Source of the DNA: Planctomycetota bacterium | Lineage (GTDB): Bacteria; Planctomycetota; GCA-002687715; DRQF01 | Assembly: GCA_027001995.1 (NCBI GenBank) | Contig: JALTLO010000086.1 | Span: 26,224-58,197 of the forward strand | Reading direction: 5' to 3' | DNA length: 31,974 nucleotides | In this document: positions 17,894-27,972 of the stretch, piece by piece | Position numbering within the stretch: position 1 is the stretch's first letter | How the letters are laid out: each line of letters begins with the position of its first letter | The notes under the pieces: model-generated | What the model was told of the DNA's origin: nothing | Database searches by the model: none | What the model saw: only the letters and a program-made list of their open reading frames with translations | Translations under genes and position numbers: made by a program

Positions 17894-18732
17894 GGGAGGC
17901 GAGGGTCAAAGGCTTCTCGTTCCATGATGGCTTTGAGTTCGGGAGAAAGGGAACGGTCAAAGTTCACGATTGCATCTTTCCAAGAGCCATAGGTTGGGTT
18001 TGGCAAGATGAACCAACCTTGGCCCCAATTCTGCTGATATGACCGGGAGCTTTCTTCTCGGGTTACCTTGTCGGTCTTGGCCCCTGAGCAGAAATCGCCA
18101 TAGTCGTCGCCAATGAGCATGAGGATGCGGTGAGTCTTGGCTATCATGGCCCTTCGACTTCCTTTGTCCGAGAGCCAGTCCTTTTTTTCGTTCTTCATAA
18201 GAACCGTGTCCATGCTCTTGCTCAGTGGGAAGCCGTATTTCTCCAGATTTTTCCTGGTTGATTCCTCTAAACGAGCTTCGCGATTCGTGACGTAGAAAAT
18301 CTCGATTCCCATTTGAGCCGCTTTGGTCAGGAAAGGGAGGGAGCCGGGAACGGGATATGCCGCTTCTTGGTGAACCCAAATATCCCAGGTTTTACTTTTG
18401 TAACTTTCATTCTTAAGGACCAAGCGGGCTTGGTAGGGCGAATTGTCTAAGACCGTTTCATCGATGTCGACAATGATGGCTGGTGTTTTCTCGCCGCGTT
18501 CTTGGTCTGCATATTGCTCGATTGCAGCGGTCCATTGTGGATCACGCAGACGTTTCTTAAGGGCTGCTTGGGCCAGGTTGTAGGTTTGGTGGCAATGAGC
18601 CCGCCATTCCACTGAAGATTGGACCCAAAGAGTGGCGTCGAATGTGCGGTGGTGGCAGCTCTTCGGCGATGAATCGGCGTGAATGCCTAAAGCTGTCAAA
18701 AGTGCGATTGTAGCCAGTAGAGTCTTGAACAT
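17890..18732 (-). CDS. HAD class C acid phosphatase / 5'-nucleotidase (e(P4)-like), secreted
   Basis: VDIDETVLDNS, YVTNR, IGDDYGDF and LPNPTYG. Signal peptide from MFKTLL. Confidence 0.9.
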   Translation of the reverse strand: MFKTLLATIALLTALGIHADSSPKSCHHRTFDATLWVQSSVEWRAHCHQTYNLAQAALKKRLRDPQWTAAIEQYADQERGEKTPAIIVDIDETVLDNSPYQARLVLKNESYKSKTWDIWVHQEAAYPVPGSLPFLTKAAQMGIEIFYVTNREARLEESTRKNLEKYGFPLSKSMDTVLMKNEKKDWLSDKGSRRAMIAKTHRILMLIGDDYGDFCSGAKTDKVTREESSRSYQQNWGQGWFILPNPTYGSWKDAIVNFDRSLSPELKAIMEREAFDPRLP

Positions 18733-18839
18733 GAGAGGCCTCCAAGCCGATGGATGATCCGAGTTGTCCAAGATAGGAAGCTCAGAGCAAAAGCAAAAGA
18801 GGGAGCGGCTAAACCTTTGTGTCCTTCATGAAGGAAACT

Positions 18840-21059
18840 TCACTTCAAACGATTGTTGAGGCTGCGTAAATGAGTTTCAAACTCCCTAAGACGGTCCGGG
18901 CTGATCTCCTTGTTGCCAAAGAATGCATCGCAGAAAATCTTGGCCACGTCCCGGAGGGGGTCTTGATGTTTGGCATAGTCGGTCGCCAAGCGTTTCGCAT
19001 GCTCGAAGGGGGTTTCTTCTGGTGCCCGTTGATTTCGCCAGCGGGATAGATGTTCTTGCCACTGAGCATAACGTGCAATCACGATTTCTCGTGGGGAGTC
19101 GGCGGTTTGAGCAGACAAGGGGGGCGTATTTCTAATCTGGGTGCCACGGGTGGTAATGGTTTCAGGTCTTGAGCCTCGACTTTTTCGCGGGGCCACTCGG
19201 GGGCGCTTGAGGAATGCGATGAAGAAAATAAGCCCAATAGAGCCAAACAAAACCATGATAGCACGGTCTTGGTTGTAGGCGTCTGACACCAAGCCGAACA
19301 AGCGAGAAACGCCTCTTTTCTTGTCGGAACTGCTTCGGGACTTGCTGTGTCCTTGAGCGCCGGTCTTTTTCGTTGTCGCTTCATTTTCTTGGCCCATGAC
19401 ACTGCGGTCATCGACGAATGCTGTGGCGTCATAAGGGAACCAACCTTGGCCTTCGATGTAGTATTCGGCCCATACATGAGCGCTTCCTTCGGTGATGATG
19501 TAGCGCTGTTGAGCACCATCCCAGGTGTGCCCCAAAAATCCCTTGGCCAAGCGGGCAGGCACGCCAGAAGCTCTGAGCAGGAGGCAAGCGGAGGTGGCAA
19601 AGTAGGTGCAGTCTCCAACACGGGAAGAAAGCAAGAAGTTCTTCAATTGGGTGTCGCCACGGCGTCGTCTCTCCGCCCAAGTTGTGGTGGTATCGTAGAT
19701 GAAATTCTTGGCGTAGAACAACTCCAGTTTTCTCAGTTTTACCCCCAAGGAATCTGCGTCGCTGAAGATACTGCTTGAGAGTTCTTTGAGGTCGAAGCCG
19801 ATGTTTTTTCGGTTGGGGAGTTCCGTGTGGAGATCTAAGGGGTGATCCCTTCTGGCTCCGATCCCTTTTCCTTTCCTGAGTGCATTTCGCGAGAGGCCCA
19901 GTTCAATTTTGTCACCTTCAATTTGAGAAGGCTTGTTTTCGGCGAAGAGCGCAACCTCACCACTCCAATTATGACCGATGGTGACATCTTTTGCTTCCGA
20001 TGTGAGGAGCTTGGCCGTGATTGCGTCGTAGCGAATGGGAAAAAGGGCGGTTTTGGGGGAAAGGCGCTCCATGACGTATTGGGTGTTAACAATCAATGAT
20101 GGTTCCCGCCGTATGAAGACGCGCTTATTGGATACTTCGAAACGAGTCTTTCGGGCCGTTTCCCAGGTTGATCCATCGTGACGAACTTTGTCGAGTATTT
20201 GGACGCGCCAAAGAGTGTTCTTGTTGGTTTTCGGCCGCAGTGGTGGTCGCAGCTCGATGCCCCTGCTGCGGGCTTGGAAGGCAAAAAGCGGCTCTAAACT
20301 TTTTCGAGCTTTTCCTAAGTCCGAGAGTTTGAACTCTGTGCTCCAACCGATCAACCGACTGGTATCGGCAGGGGGAGCGAGCTGTCCCCAGGCGCTATCT
20401 TTCTCACCCAATAAGGTCCGCGTAGTGGCTTCACCGCCGACGAAGACTATGATGGAGACCAAGAAGATGCCGATCATCATCTTGGCGCCATGCCACAGCT
20501 GAAGTTGAGGACGGGCGGTGTAGGCATGGATATCAAACAGCTGATGCCTGATGGGGGCTGCAAGGAAGAAAATGCTGACAAAAGTGAGGCCCCAAAAGAG
20601 GCCCCAGGGGCGTCCATCGACCAGCCCAATACTGAGTGCCCCGAAGGACAGGGCGTCATGGAGCCGATAGGTCTGCACCTGAAACAAGAAGAATGCCGAA
20701 GCCCAACTGGTGAGCAAGATGATGGCAACCTCTTGGCCCATTCCTAAATTTAGGTCAATGCCTGCGGATATATAGTTCCATCCCGTCGCACCCACGCCAA
20801 TGGCGAATCCGACAATGCTCAGGCAAATGACAAAACTCGTCGCTGAGCTCTTTGGCCATGGGCGGGAGCGAAAGAACCGGGCGACGGCCTGGGGAATCAT
20901 GGCCCAAAACGCAAGAATTGGCCCGTCGATCCAGGGGCTCTCCCAAGTGTTGATGGCGGACAAGAATAAGACCAAGGTGGCACTGAGAGCACAATCGCAG
21001 AGGAAAAGTCTCGTCTCTGCCCTACGAGCCCCAATGATTGTGGGACTTCCTTGCTTCAC
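18840..21059 (-). CDS. Membrane transglutaminase-like (TgpA-type) protein
   Basis: N-terminal TM helices and catalytic triad GDCTYFA / AHVWAE / YDAT. DUF4129-like C-terminus (ETPFE). GTG overlaps the DUF58 stop. Confidence 0.88.
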   Translation of the reverse strand: MKQGSPTIIGARRAETRLFLCDCALSATLVLFLSAINTWESPWIDGPILAFWAMIPQAVARFFRSRPWPKSSATSFVICLSIVGFAIGVGATGWNYISAGIDLNLGMGQEVAIILLTSWASAFFLFQVQTYRLHDALSFGALSIGLVDGRPWGLFWGLTFVSIFFLAAPIRHQLFDIHAYTARPQLQLWHGAKMMIGIFLVSIIVFVGGEATTRTLLGEKDSAWGQLAPPADTSRLIGWSTEFKLSDLGKARKSLEPLFAFQARSRGIELRPPLRPKTNKNTLWRVQILDKVRHDGSTWETARKTRFEVSNKRVFIRREPSLIVNTQYVMERLSPKTALFPIRYDAITAKLLTSEAKDVTIGHNWSGEVALFAENKPSQIEGDKIELGLSRNALRKGKGIGARRDHPLDLHTELPNRKNIGFDLKELSSSIFSDADSLGVKLRKLELFYAKNFIYDTTTTWAERRRRGDTQLKNFLLSSRVGDCTYFATSACLLLRASGVPARLAKGFLGHTWDGAQQRYIITEGSAHVWAEYYIEGQGWFPYDATAFVDDRSVMGQENEATTKKTGAQGHSKSRSSSDKKRGVSRLFGLVSDAYNQDRAIMVLFGSIGLIFFIAFLKRPRVAPRKSRGSRPETITTRGTQIRNTPPLSAQTADSPREIVIARYAQWQEHLSRWRNQRAPEETPFEHAKRLATDYAKHQDPLRDVAKIFCDAFFGNKEISPDRLREFETHLRSLNNRLK

Positions 21060-22273
21060 TTTTTTTTCTCCTCTTGGGGTTGGGGCCAACCGATCCAAAC
21101 GTGTTGAATCCCGTCGATGAGTCCACCAGGTGCTGGGGTGAGGACGGCTTCGTCACCGGGTGAGGGCAAAGCGGCAACGACGACATGGTGTCCCGCGTCT
21201 TGAAGACGATGCAGGATAGCGTTGGAACGCTCCCGATGCTCATGGTTGACAGTTGTGATGACGCAGATTTGAGAAGGGGGCTCTTGCTTCTCCAAAAGCG
21301 ATGTGAGAACGATCGGCAAAGTGAGGGAAGGGCTCAAACTTGCATCAGCCAATCTCTCCATCAAGATGAACATATGTTCGGTTGAGCGACCGATGGCCAA
21401 GTAATCGCTGCTTCTGTTTCCTGTTACCAGGGCAACAGATTCTCCGCAGCGGTTCGCCCGATGAGCTAATGAAGCAGCTAAGCGTGTTGATTGGTCTAGA
21501 ATGCCCACACCCACACCGGGTGCGTCAACGGACACGTTTCGATCCACAACAATGATCAGCCCACCTTCCGACTCGGCGAGAGTTTGGCGAACAACAAGAG
21601 TATCCCGACGGGCACTTTGCTTCCAGAGGATGCGTGAGCGAGGATCTCCGTGCCGGTATTCACGGACACTGAGGAATTCGTTGGACACACCCATGCGTCG
21701 ATGTTGTTCTGTGATGCCCAAGCGAGCTAACCCTGTGGCAAGAAGGAGGCTTCTTGGGATCTTGTGAATTCTCGGCAGGACAACGACTTCATTGTCGGTT
21801 TGTAAGAGTCTACGACATTCAAATAGGCCGAAAGGGTCGCTGATTCGAAGGAGAGCGGTACTGGCCCGGTATCGCCCCCGGTTGACTTCGCAACGAACTT
21901 CGTACTGACGCTCAGACGTCTTGCCAGGATCTAGGTCAGCGGAGAATAGGAGGCGTCTTCGGGTCGACGGAGCTACTGTGGGCCATTCGCTGAAGCGGGC
22001 ATGAACATGGGGGCGAAGAGTCTTGTTTTCAAGGGTCACGCGGACTTTGATCATGTCTCCTTCGAAGATGCGGTTGGGACACTTTTGGGTGAGGACGATT
22101 TCTTCCGCTGCCCGGCGGACGATATGATTGAGGTAGAGCGTGAGGCAGATGAGCATGGCACCGAAGGCCGCGGTTGATGGGGAGTCTTGTCGAATCCCAG
22201 CAAAGATGGAGATGCCGCCAATGATTGACAGGACCCAACCAGAACCACAACTTGGTGTAATGGCAGTGAGCAT
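21056..22273 (-). CDS. DUF58 domain-containing protein
   Basis: RG...DPFGLF and EFLSVREYRHGD...ILWKQSAR motifs, located downstream of MoxR. Confidence 0.9.
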   Translation of the reverse strand: MLTAITPSCGSGWVLSIIGGISIFAGIRQDSPSTAAFGAMLICLTLYLNHIVRRAAEEIVLTQKCPNRIFEGDMIKVRVTLENKTLRPHVHARFSEWPTVAPSTRRRLLFSADLDPGKTSERQYEVRCEVNRGRYRASTALLRISDPFGLFECRRLLQTDNEVVVLPRIHKIPRSLLLATGLARLGITEQHRRMGVSNEFLSVREYRHGDPRSRILWKQSARRDTLVVRQTLAESEGGLIIVVDRNVSVDAPGVGVGILDQSTRLAASLAHRANRCGESVALVTGNRSSDYLAIGRSTEHMFILMERLADASLSPSLTLPIVLTSLLEKQEPPSQICVITTVNHEHRERSNAILHRLQDAGHHVVVAALPSPGDEAVLTPAPGGLIDGIQHVWIGWPQPQEEKKK

Positions 22274-22280
22274 CTGAAAC

Positions 22281-23237
22281 TCAGTTGGAGAGTTCTTGAG
22301 AAGAAATAGGGACTGGGACGCTGCGAATGATTTCATCGATTATTTGTGCCATGGAACCTCCGGCGTATTCCAGCTTGGCGTCAGCGATGAGTCGATGGCC
22401 GAAAACGGAGGGAGCCACCTCTTTGATGTCGTCAGGGGACACGTAAGTCGCTCCTCGGAGATAGGCCCAAGCCTGGGCTGTTTTCATCAATGCGAGACTT
22501 CCTCGGGGGCTTAGACCCAGTCGGAGGTTGGCGTGGGATCGAGTTGCATGGGCCATAGCAACGATGTAAGTGCGAATCTCATTGGTCACTTTGACCCGCG
22601 ATGACAGTTCTTGGCAATGGCAAAGTTGTTCAGCGTTCATGACTGATTTGAGCTGGTCAATTGGTTCTGAAAGTTGGTGGCTTTCGAGGATGCGCTCTTC
22701 GCTGCGGGCATCAGGATAGCCCAAGTCGATGCACAGCAAGAAGCGATCCAGTTGGGCCTCCGGCAGAGGGTAAGTCCCTTGCAGCTCAATTGGGTTTTGT
22801 GTTGCCATGACAAAGAAGGGGGTGGGTAAAGAGCGGGTTTCTCCATCAATTGAAACTTGAGACTCTCCCATAGTTTCTAAGAGACTCGATTGAGTACGTG
22901 GGCTACTGCGGTTGATCTCGTCGGCCAAGAGAATGTTTGTGAACACGGGCCCTGGGACGAATTCGAATTTTCGCTCTCTTGGGTCATAGATAGAAACGCC
23001 GGTGATGTCATTTGGCAACAGGTCTGGAGTGAACTGAATTCTCTTGAAGCCCAGATCGAGAGACTGAGCTACGGCTCGCGCCAAGAGAGTCTTGCCAACT
23101 CCAGGGGCATCTTCGACCAGAAGGTGCCCTTGAGCCAAGAGGGCGGTGAGGGTCAGTTTGATAGCGCGTTTATGCCCGAAAAAGACGCTGGCAATGTTGT
23201 CTGCCAGCGCGTGCAATGCTTGTCGTGATTCTTCCAT
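22281..23237 (-). CDS. moxR: MoxR family AAA+ ATPase
   Basis: EDAPGVGKT, RIQFTPDLLP, LLADEINR and ATQNPIE...GTYPLPEAQLDRF. Confidence 0.95.
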   Translation of the reverse strand: MEESRQALHALADNIASVFFGHKRAIKLTLTALLAQGHLLVEDAPGVGKTLLARAVAQSLDLGFKRIQFTPDLLPNDITGVSIYDPRERKFEFVPGPVFTNILLADEINRSSPRTQSSLLETMGESQVSIDGETRSLPTPFFVMATQNPIELQGTYPLPEAQLDRFLLCIDLGYPDARSEERILESHQLSEPIDQLKSVMNAEQLCHCQELSSRVKVTNEIRTYIVAMAHATRSHANLRLGLSPRGSLALMKTAQAWAYLRGATYVSPDDIKEVAPSVFGHRLIADAKLEYAGGSMAQIIDEIIRSVPVPISSQELSN

Positions 23238-23297
23238 GTTTAACAGTCTAGGTATCCGAGGCCTTTGTGGCAAGAAACACTTGGAGTTCTCAGTCGT

Positions 23298-23747
23298 TTA
23301 TCCTGGCCAGTTATCCTTGTTGGCGTACATCTCCATGCTAAAGACTGTCTTGTGGTCATATTCTTCCTGGTTTTTCATGAACCAGGCCTTTTCCGCAACC
23401 GTTACAAGTGGTTCGAATCCCATTTCTTCAGGCATGGCCTTTGGGTTACTTGCGATGCTGTGGTACGTGTCCCGACCACTGGCAACGGCGACACAGCGGC
23501 AATAGAGAAAGAGGTCTTCAAATTGACCACAGACGCCAGCGTGGAAAGCGTATTCTTGACCGTCAAGCTCGTAGAGTAAACCGCTCAATATATCGTCGAA
23601 ACTCTTGATCTCGTCGTTGCTGCGACTTGCCAGAGCTCTAACTAAAGGCTCGATGACGAAGTCCATGTCGCCGTCGTCCGCGTATTGAGAGACCATGAGG
23701 TCTCGATCAAGAAGGGAAATCAATGCCCAAAATTCGTCTTGTGTCAT
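23298..23747 (-). CDS. DUF4240 domain-containing protein
   Basis: MTQDEFWALI N-terminus and DLFLYCRCVAVASG...Y.....NP motif. Confidence 0.75.
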   Translation of the reverse strand: MTQDEFWALISLLDRDLMVSQYADDGDMDFVIEPLVRALASRSNDEIKSFDDILSGLLYELDGQEYAFHAGVCGQFEDLFLYCRCVAVASGRDTYHSIASNPKAMPEEMGFEPLVTVAEKAWFMKNQEEYDHKTVFSMEMYANKDNWPG

Positions 23748-23867
23748 GGTGAAACTCCGTTTCGATGGCGAATGCTATGAGGAGCTGGGGACAAATGAAA
23801 GGCGGCGGGATCTCACAGATTTCTCTTCAGCTCTTTTATGACGATCTTGAAGCAGTAATATGACTTC

Positions 23868-24746
23868 ATGCTGAACTACGACATGCCCCTCTACCGACCG
23901 CCCTCTGAAGCGGAAAACTTCATCCTCCAGGTGACTTTAGGATGTAGTTTCAATCGCTGCAGTTTTTGTTCTATGTACCGGGACAAAACTTACGAATTGA
24001 AGCCTTTGGATGTTGTTCGTTCTGAGATCGAATTGGCGGCTCAGCTTGATCCTGGAATTCGACGGGTGTTTCTGGCAGACGGAGATGCCTTGGGGGCACC
24101 GACAACACATCTTCTGGATGTCGCTCAGCTATTGACCCAGTACTTTCCCCATTTGCAGCGAATCTCCAGTTATGCATGGCCCCTCAACGTCTTGAAGAAG
24201 AGCCCCTCTGAGTTAGGGGAGCTTCGAGATGCTGGGTTGAAACTGGTCTATGTGGGGATCGAATCTGGGGATGATGAGCTATTGCGAATCATTCGCAAAG
24301 GGGCCAATAGTCAAATGCACGGAGAGACCTTGGCCAAGTGCCGGGCTGCAAGGATTAAGGTCTCTGCCACCGTCGTCTTGGGCCTGGGTGGTCAAAAGTA
24401 CTGGCGTCAGCATGTTGACGGCACGGCCAATCTCATCAATGAGGCACCCCCTAACTATCTTTCAACTTTGCAATTGGGCTTAGCTGAGAACGTTGCCGAA
24501 GACTTCGTGGCCCGTTTCAAAGGATCTTACGTTGCCCAAAATGACGACGGCATGCTCCTGGAGCAAAGGGAGTTGCTGTCTTTGCTTGATCCGCCAAGAC
24601 CGGTTATTTTTCGATCGAATCACGCTTCCAATGCTCTGGCCTTAGCAGGCAATCTACCCAAAGACCGAGAACGCTTAGTGATGGAGGTTGACGATACCCG
24701 AGCCGGTATCTATCCGAAGCGCCCTCGATGGATGCGGGGCTACTGA
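23868..24746 (+). CDS. Radical SAM protein
   Basis: YRPPSEA, GCSFNRCSFC (Cx4Cx2C variant), FLADGD, GIESG and FRSNHASN. Confidence 0.9.
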   Translation: MLNYDMPLYRPPSEAENFILQVTLGCSFNRCSFCSMYRDKTYELKPLDVVRSEIELAAQLDPGIRRVFLADGDALGAPTTHLLDVAQLLTQYFPHLQRISSYAWPLNVLKKSPSELGELRDAGLKLVYVGIESGDDELLRIIRKGANSQMHGETLAKCRAARIKVSATVVLGLGGQKYWRQHVDGTANLINEAPPNYLSTLQLGLAENVAEDFVARFKGSYVAQNDDGMLLEQRELLSLLDPPRPVIFRSNHASNALALAGNLPKDRERLVMEVDDTRAGIYPKRPRWMRGY

Positions 24747-24759
24747 AGGCTCTTGCCAT

Positions 24760-25437
24760 CTAACTCCCGTAGGTTTGCCAAAGCAGATCAAACTCTCTAT
24801 TGAGAGCGGAGGCAACCTTGGGATCGCCACTAATGAGAATATTCTCATGGTTGTGGCGGGCTGCACTTTTTGTCCAATTGTAGCTGCCGGTAATGCTGAG
24901 TTCGCCATCGAAAACGGCGAACTTGTGGTGCATGTGGCCGTCACGGTCGAGAGCGACAGGAACACCGGAGTCGATGATTCGAAAAACATCCGATCCTCGA
25001 TCTTCAGCCTTTTCGTTGTCGGTTATAACCCGAACTTCGAGGCCCCGTTTGTGGGCCCCAATGATTTCCTGGGTGATGACATCGTCCGTGATGGTAAATA
25101 CGCAGATGTTGAGAGCTTTCTTGACATCACGAATTAACGATTGGATTCGGGCCGGACAATCATCTCTTGGACTGAAGAGGACCTCAGAGTGCCGGGCTTT
25201 CATGGCTTGAGTCCTGTGGTTCGTGATGACATGGGTGATCCCGTCTAACCAAGCCACTGCCTTGTGGTCACAGGAGTCCTGGGCCATGGCAAATGCGATA
25301 TCTCGCAGATCGCAAAGATCTTCCAGAGACAACTCTTGCTCTGCGATGAAACTTCGAAGGTCTTGTTTCTCTTTTCTTGAAAACTTCAGATCGGTCAAGC
25401 TCAAAGCCAACTGTTTACGAATTGCATCTTTGTCCAT
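24760..25437 (-). CDS. Phospholipase D-like (Nuc/mitoPLD-type) single-HKD protein
   Basis: MHHKFAVFD (HxKxxxxD), TGSYNWT and NHEN. Confidence 0.88.
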   Translation of the reverse strand: MDKDAIRKQLALSLTDLKFSRKEKQDLRSFIAEQELSLEDLCDLRDIAFAMAQDSCDHKAVAWLDGITHVITNHRTQAMKARHSEVLFSPRDDCPARIQSLIRDVKKALNICVFTITDDVITQEIIGAHKRGLEVRVITDNEKAEDRGSDVFRIIDSGVPVALDRDGHMHHKFAVFDGELSITGSYNWTKSAARHNHENILISGDPKVASALNREFDLLWQTYGS

Positions 25438-25463
25438 GATTCTTGACCGATCTTGTCAAACAG

Positions 25464-26471
25464 TTACTTGGAGGTCGACTTGGAAGTTGATTTGGACGTT
25501 GGCTTTGAAGTAGGCGCAAGGGATTGCTTACGGAAGAAGCTCGTGCGGTCTACTTGCCCCGAAGGACCACTGATCTTCGTCTGCATGTTGGTGAGATCGA
25601 TTGGCAAGCTTGTTTTCAAGTTCATTCGCATACGAATCTGACTTCTCAAGTCGAAGGCTGGAACGGATTCCTTTGTTGGCAAAGGTTGGCCAGCGGCGAT
25701 GGCTTCTTGTTGCATGGCTTCCAAGAGAATTTGGCTGGCTTTTTCCCGATTGAGTGCTTGGGTGAATTCAATGTAAGCCAATCCTGAATCGACCTTGACT
25801 AGGTTGGTGGTGGCGGTAGCTGGGAAGGGGTGTGTTCCATCCTTGTCGCCGGGATTTGGGATGGCGACCTCTTGGGTTCTGGGTTTCCCCATGGTCAAAG
25901 TATCGAAGCGAGCAAAGTAGATCAGGGGGTCCCGAAGGGAGATGAAGTCGACAGATTTGGGATTGGTGTACAAAGATAGCTGACCAAGAATCCCCTGGGC
26001 CAATTGTGGATTTGTTCCCTGCGCTGTCATCCACTCTTTCATTTTGAGCATGACATTCTGATAGAAGGAAATCACTTCCTGGCGGTTGACTAATTTCATT
26101 GGCTGGCCCAGTTCATTAGCCTCAAAGGTGATCTGAACTGTTGGCGTCAGTTCTCCCAATTTCTTGACCACGGCTTGGACTTCTGGATTGCCTCGAAGTT
26201 GGACTTTTGTTCCACTCGTCGTCCAGGAAATGATGGATTTTTTGTCTGTCTTCTTCAGGATCTTGATGACTACAGTGCTCTTGGCCTGGGTCTGCGGGAC
26301 CAGTTTACCTTTCTCGACAATCATCTTTTCTTTGATTCTGGTGAGAGTGATGCCGTCTCCGACTTTCCACATTGGTTTCATGGAAATTGTCTGTGGGGTT
26401 TGGCCTTGCACGTTTGCCATGACAGTAAGAGAAAGGAAGGCCGCCAGAAGGGTCTTGATAGTGAATGTCAT
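25464..26471 (-). CDS. Hypothetical secreted protein with a TSK-repeat C-terminus
   Basis: 335-aa ORF with a signal peptide, 3 nt downstream of the FG-GAP gene. No recognised domain. Confidence 0.7.
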   Translation of the reverse strand: MTFTIKTLLAAFLSLTVMANVQGQTPQTISMKPMWKVGDGITLTRIKEKMIVEKGKLVPQTQAKSTVVIKILKKTDKKSIISWTTSGTKVQLRGNPEVQAVVKKLGELTPTVQITFEANELGQPMKLVNRQEVISFYQNVMLKMKEWMTAQGTNPQLAQGILGQLSLYTNPKSVDFISLRDPLIYFARFDTLTMGKPRTQEVAIPNPGDKDGTHPFPATATTNLVKVDSGLAYIEFTQALNREKASQILLEAMQQEAIAAGQPLPTKESVPAFDLRSQIRMRMNLKTSLPIDLTNMQTKISGPSGQVDRTSFFRKQSLAPTSKPTSKSTSKSTSK

Positions 26472-26474
26472 TTT

Positions 26475-27812
26475 CTAATGCTCAACTGTGGCGAAGGCGC
26501 CGAAAATAGAAACTTTTCCTCCTCGGTCCGAAGTCATCGGAGACGAGATAAAAATGTCGGCCAAACCGTCTTTGTTTTGGTCATTTGCTGGTGCCAATGC
26601 GAAGCCAAAATGTTCGTTTTCTTCTGAGCCTCGGATGTGGCGAATCAGGCTACCGTCTTTGCCGCTAATGAGACGGACATAACCCACACCATCAACTTGC
26701 TGTTGGGCTGCCCGGGGCGCACCAATCGCTATGTCGTTGAATGAGTCTCCGTTGACATCACCAACCAAACACAAAGAGAATCCAAAACTGTCTCCGGCAG
26801 ATTCGCTCTTTGCTGAAAAGAGAGTCTCTCCACTGGCACCAGAGATCACGTTAATTTGGGAGAATTGGCGACGACTCAAGTTTGAGACAGCAAAGTCATT
26901 AACGCCGTCTTTATTTTGGTCGCCGATGTTGATCACCGAGGTCCCCATTTGGGACTCGTCCGCGGGACCATCGATTTTGCGAATCTGCTCACCATTGGCA
27001 AGAGAATAGAGAAAGACGGCTCCAGCATGATAGCCGTTGCTACTGATTCCCGGAGCGCCAATCACCAATTCCGTTTGCCCGTCTTGGTTCATGTCACCCA
27101 TCGCGGCCACAGAAAGACCAAAACGGTCACCGAAGCGATTTGTGGCTTTTAGAGTTCGGAGGAGTTGGCCGTTTCTTCCAGAATAGATGTAGACGTTGCC
27201 TGGAGCATTGCGAGCTTCGGAACCAGGGGCGCCGATTGCCAAGTCGGGAACGCCATCGCCATTCAAGTCCGGAATATCACAGAACGACTTTCCAAAATGG
27301 TCATCTGGGTGAGGCCCATCAATTCGCAGGATGAGTTTTTGAGTTTTTCCCGAGATGATCTCGACGCATCCCAACACCTGGCCAGAAATCTCGGTTTGAA
27401 AGCTGACTCCGAAATCAGGAGTTCCGTCGGCATCTAAGTCACTCAGAATTCCGCAGCGGGTTGGGCCCGTTTGATTTTCCCATGGGCTGCGGACCCCGGG
27501 GGCTATGACCTTCTGTCCAGCCATTGAATAGACGTTGACTGCGGCCTCGCTTTTTTGGGATTCACTTGACTGCGGTTGCCCAACCAGGAGGTCGCCAACG
27601 CCGTCCCCATCAAAATCGTTGCCTCCTGCGATGGACCAGCCAAATCTCCCTATATCGCTGGTGATTTCTGCCAGAGGGTGGTCATCTTCGGCCCGTGGTA
27701 GTTGAGCCGGTGAACCAAAGTCGCCTAAGCCTAAGATCAAGAAAAGTGCGCCCAAATAGATGGCGGTCGCTGTTGCTGGCAGGTAAACACTATTCGTTTC
27801 GGCGGCATTCAT
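26475..27812 (-). CDS. FG-GAP / integrin-alpha repeat beta-propeller protein
   Basis: Multiple FG...DxDGDGxxDxxIGAP repeats and an N-terminal TM/signal segment. Start uncertain (27812-27848). Confidence 0.88.
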   Translation of the reverse strand: MNAAETNSVYLPATATAIYLGALFLILGLGDFGSPAQLPRAEDDHPLAEITSDIGRFGWSIAGGNDFDGDGVGDLLVGQPQSSESQKSEAAVNVYSMAGQKVIAPGVRSPWENQTGPTRCGILSDLDADGTPDFGVSFQTEISGQVLGCVEIISGKTQKLILRIDGPHPDDHFGKSFCDIPDLNGDGVPDLAIGAPGSEARNAPGNVYIYSGRNGQLLRTLKATNRFGDRFGLSVAAMGDMNQDGQTELVIGAPGISSNGYHAGAVFLYSLANGEQIRKIDGPADESQMGTSVINIGDQNKDGVNDFAVSNLSRRQFSQINVISGASGETLFSAKSESAGDSFGFSLCLVGDVNGDSFNDIAIGAPRAAQQQVDGVGYVRLISGKDGSLIRHIRGSEENEHFGFALAPANDQNKDGLADIFISSPMTSDRGGKVSIFGAFATVEH

Positions 27813-27972
27813 GGCCAATTTCTTTTCTCCCTTTTGGGGTGCGATCAAGTCTCGGTCCGTAGTCTAACGATTTCTACGGCTATGTTCATGGGGCAACAAT
27901 CAGCCATTATTGGGCGTTTTGGGCCTGTTCTCGTTAAGATCCCCGGCATCAAGAGAGAAACTAAGGGAATCT

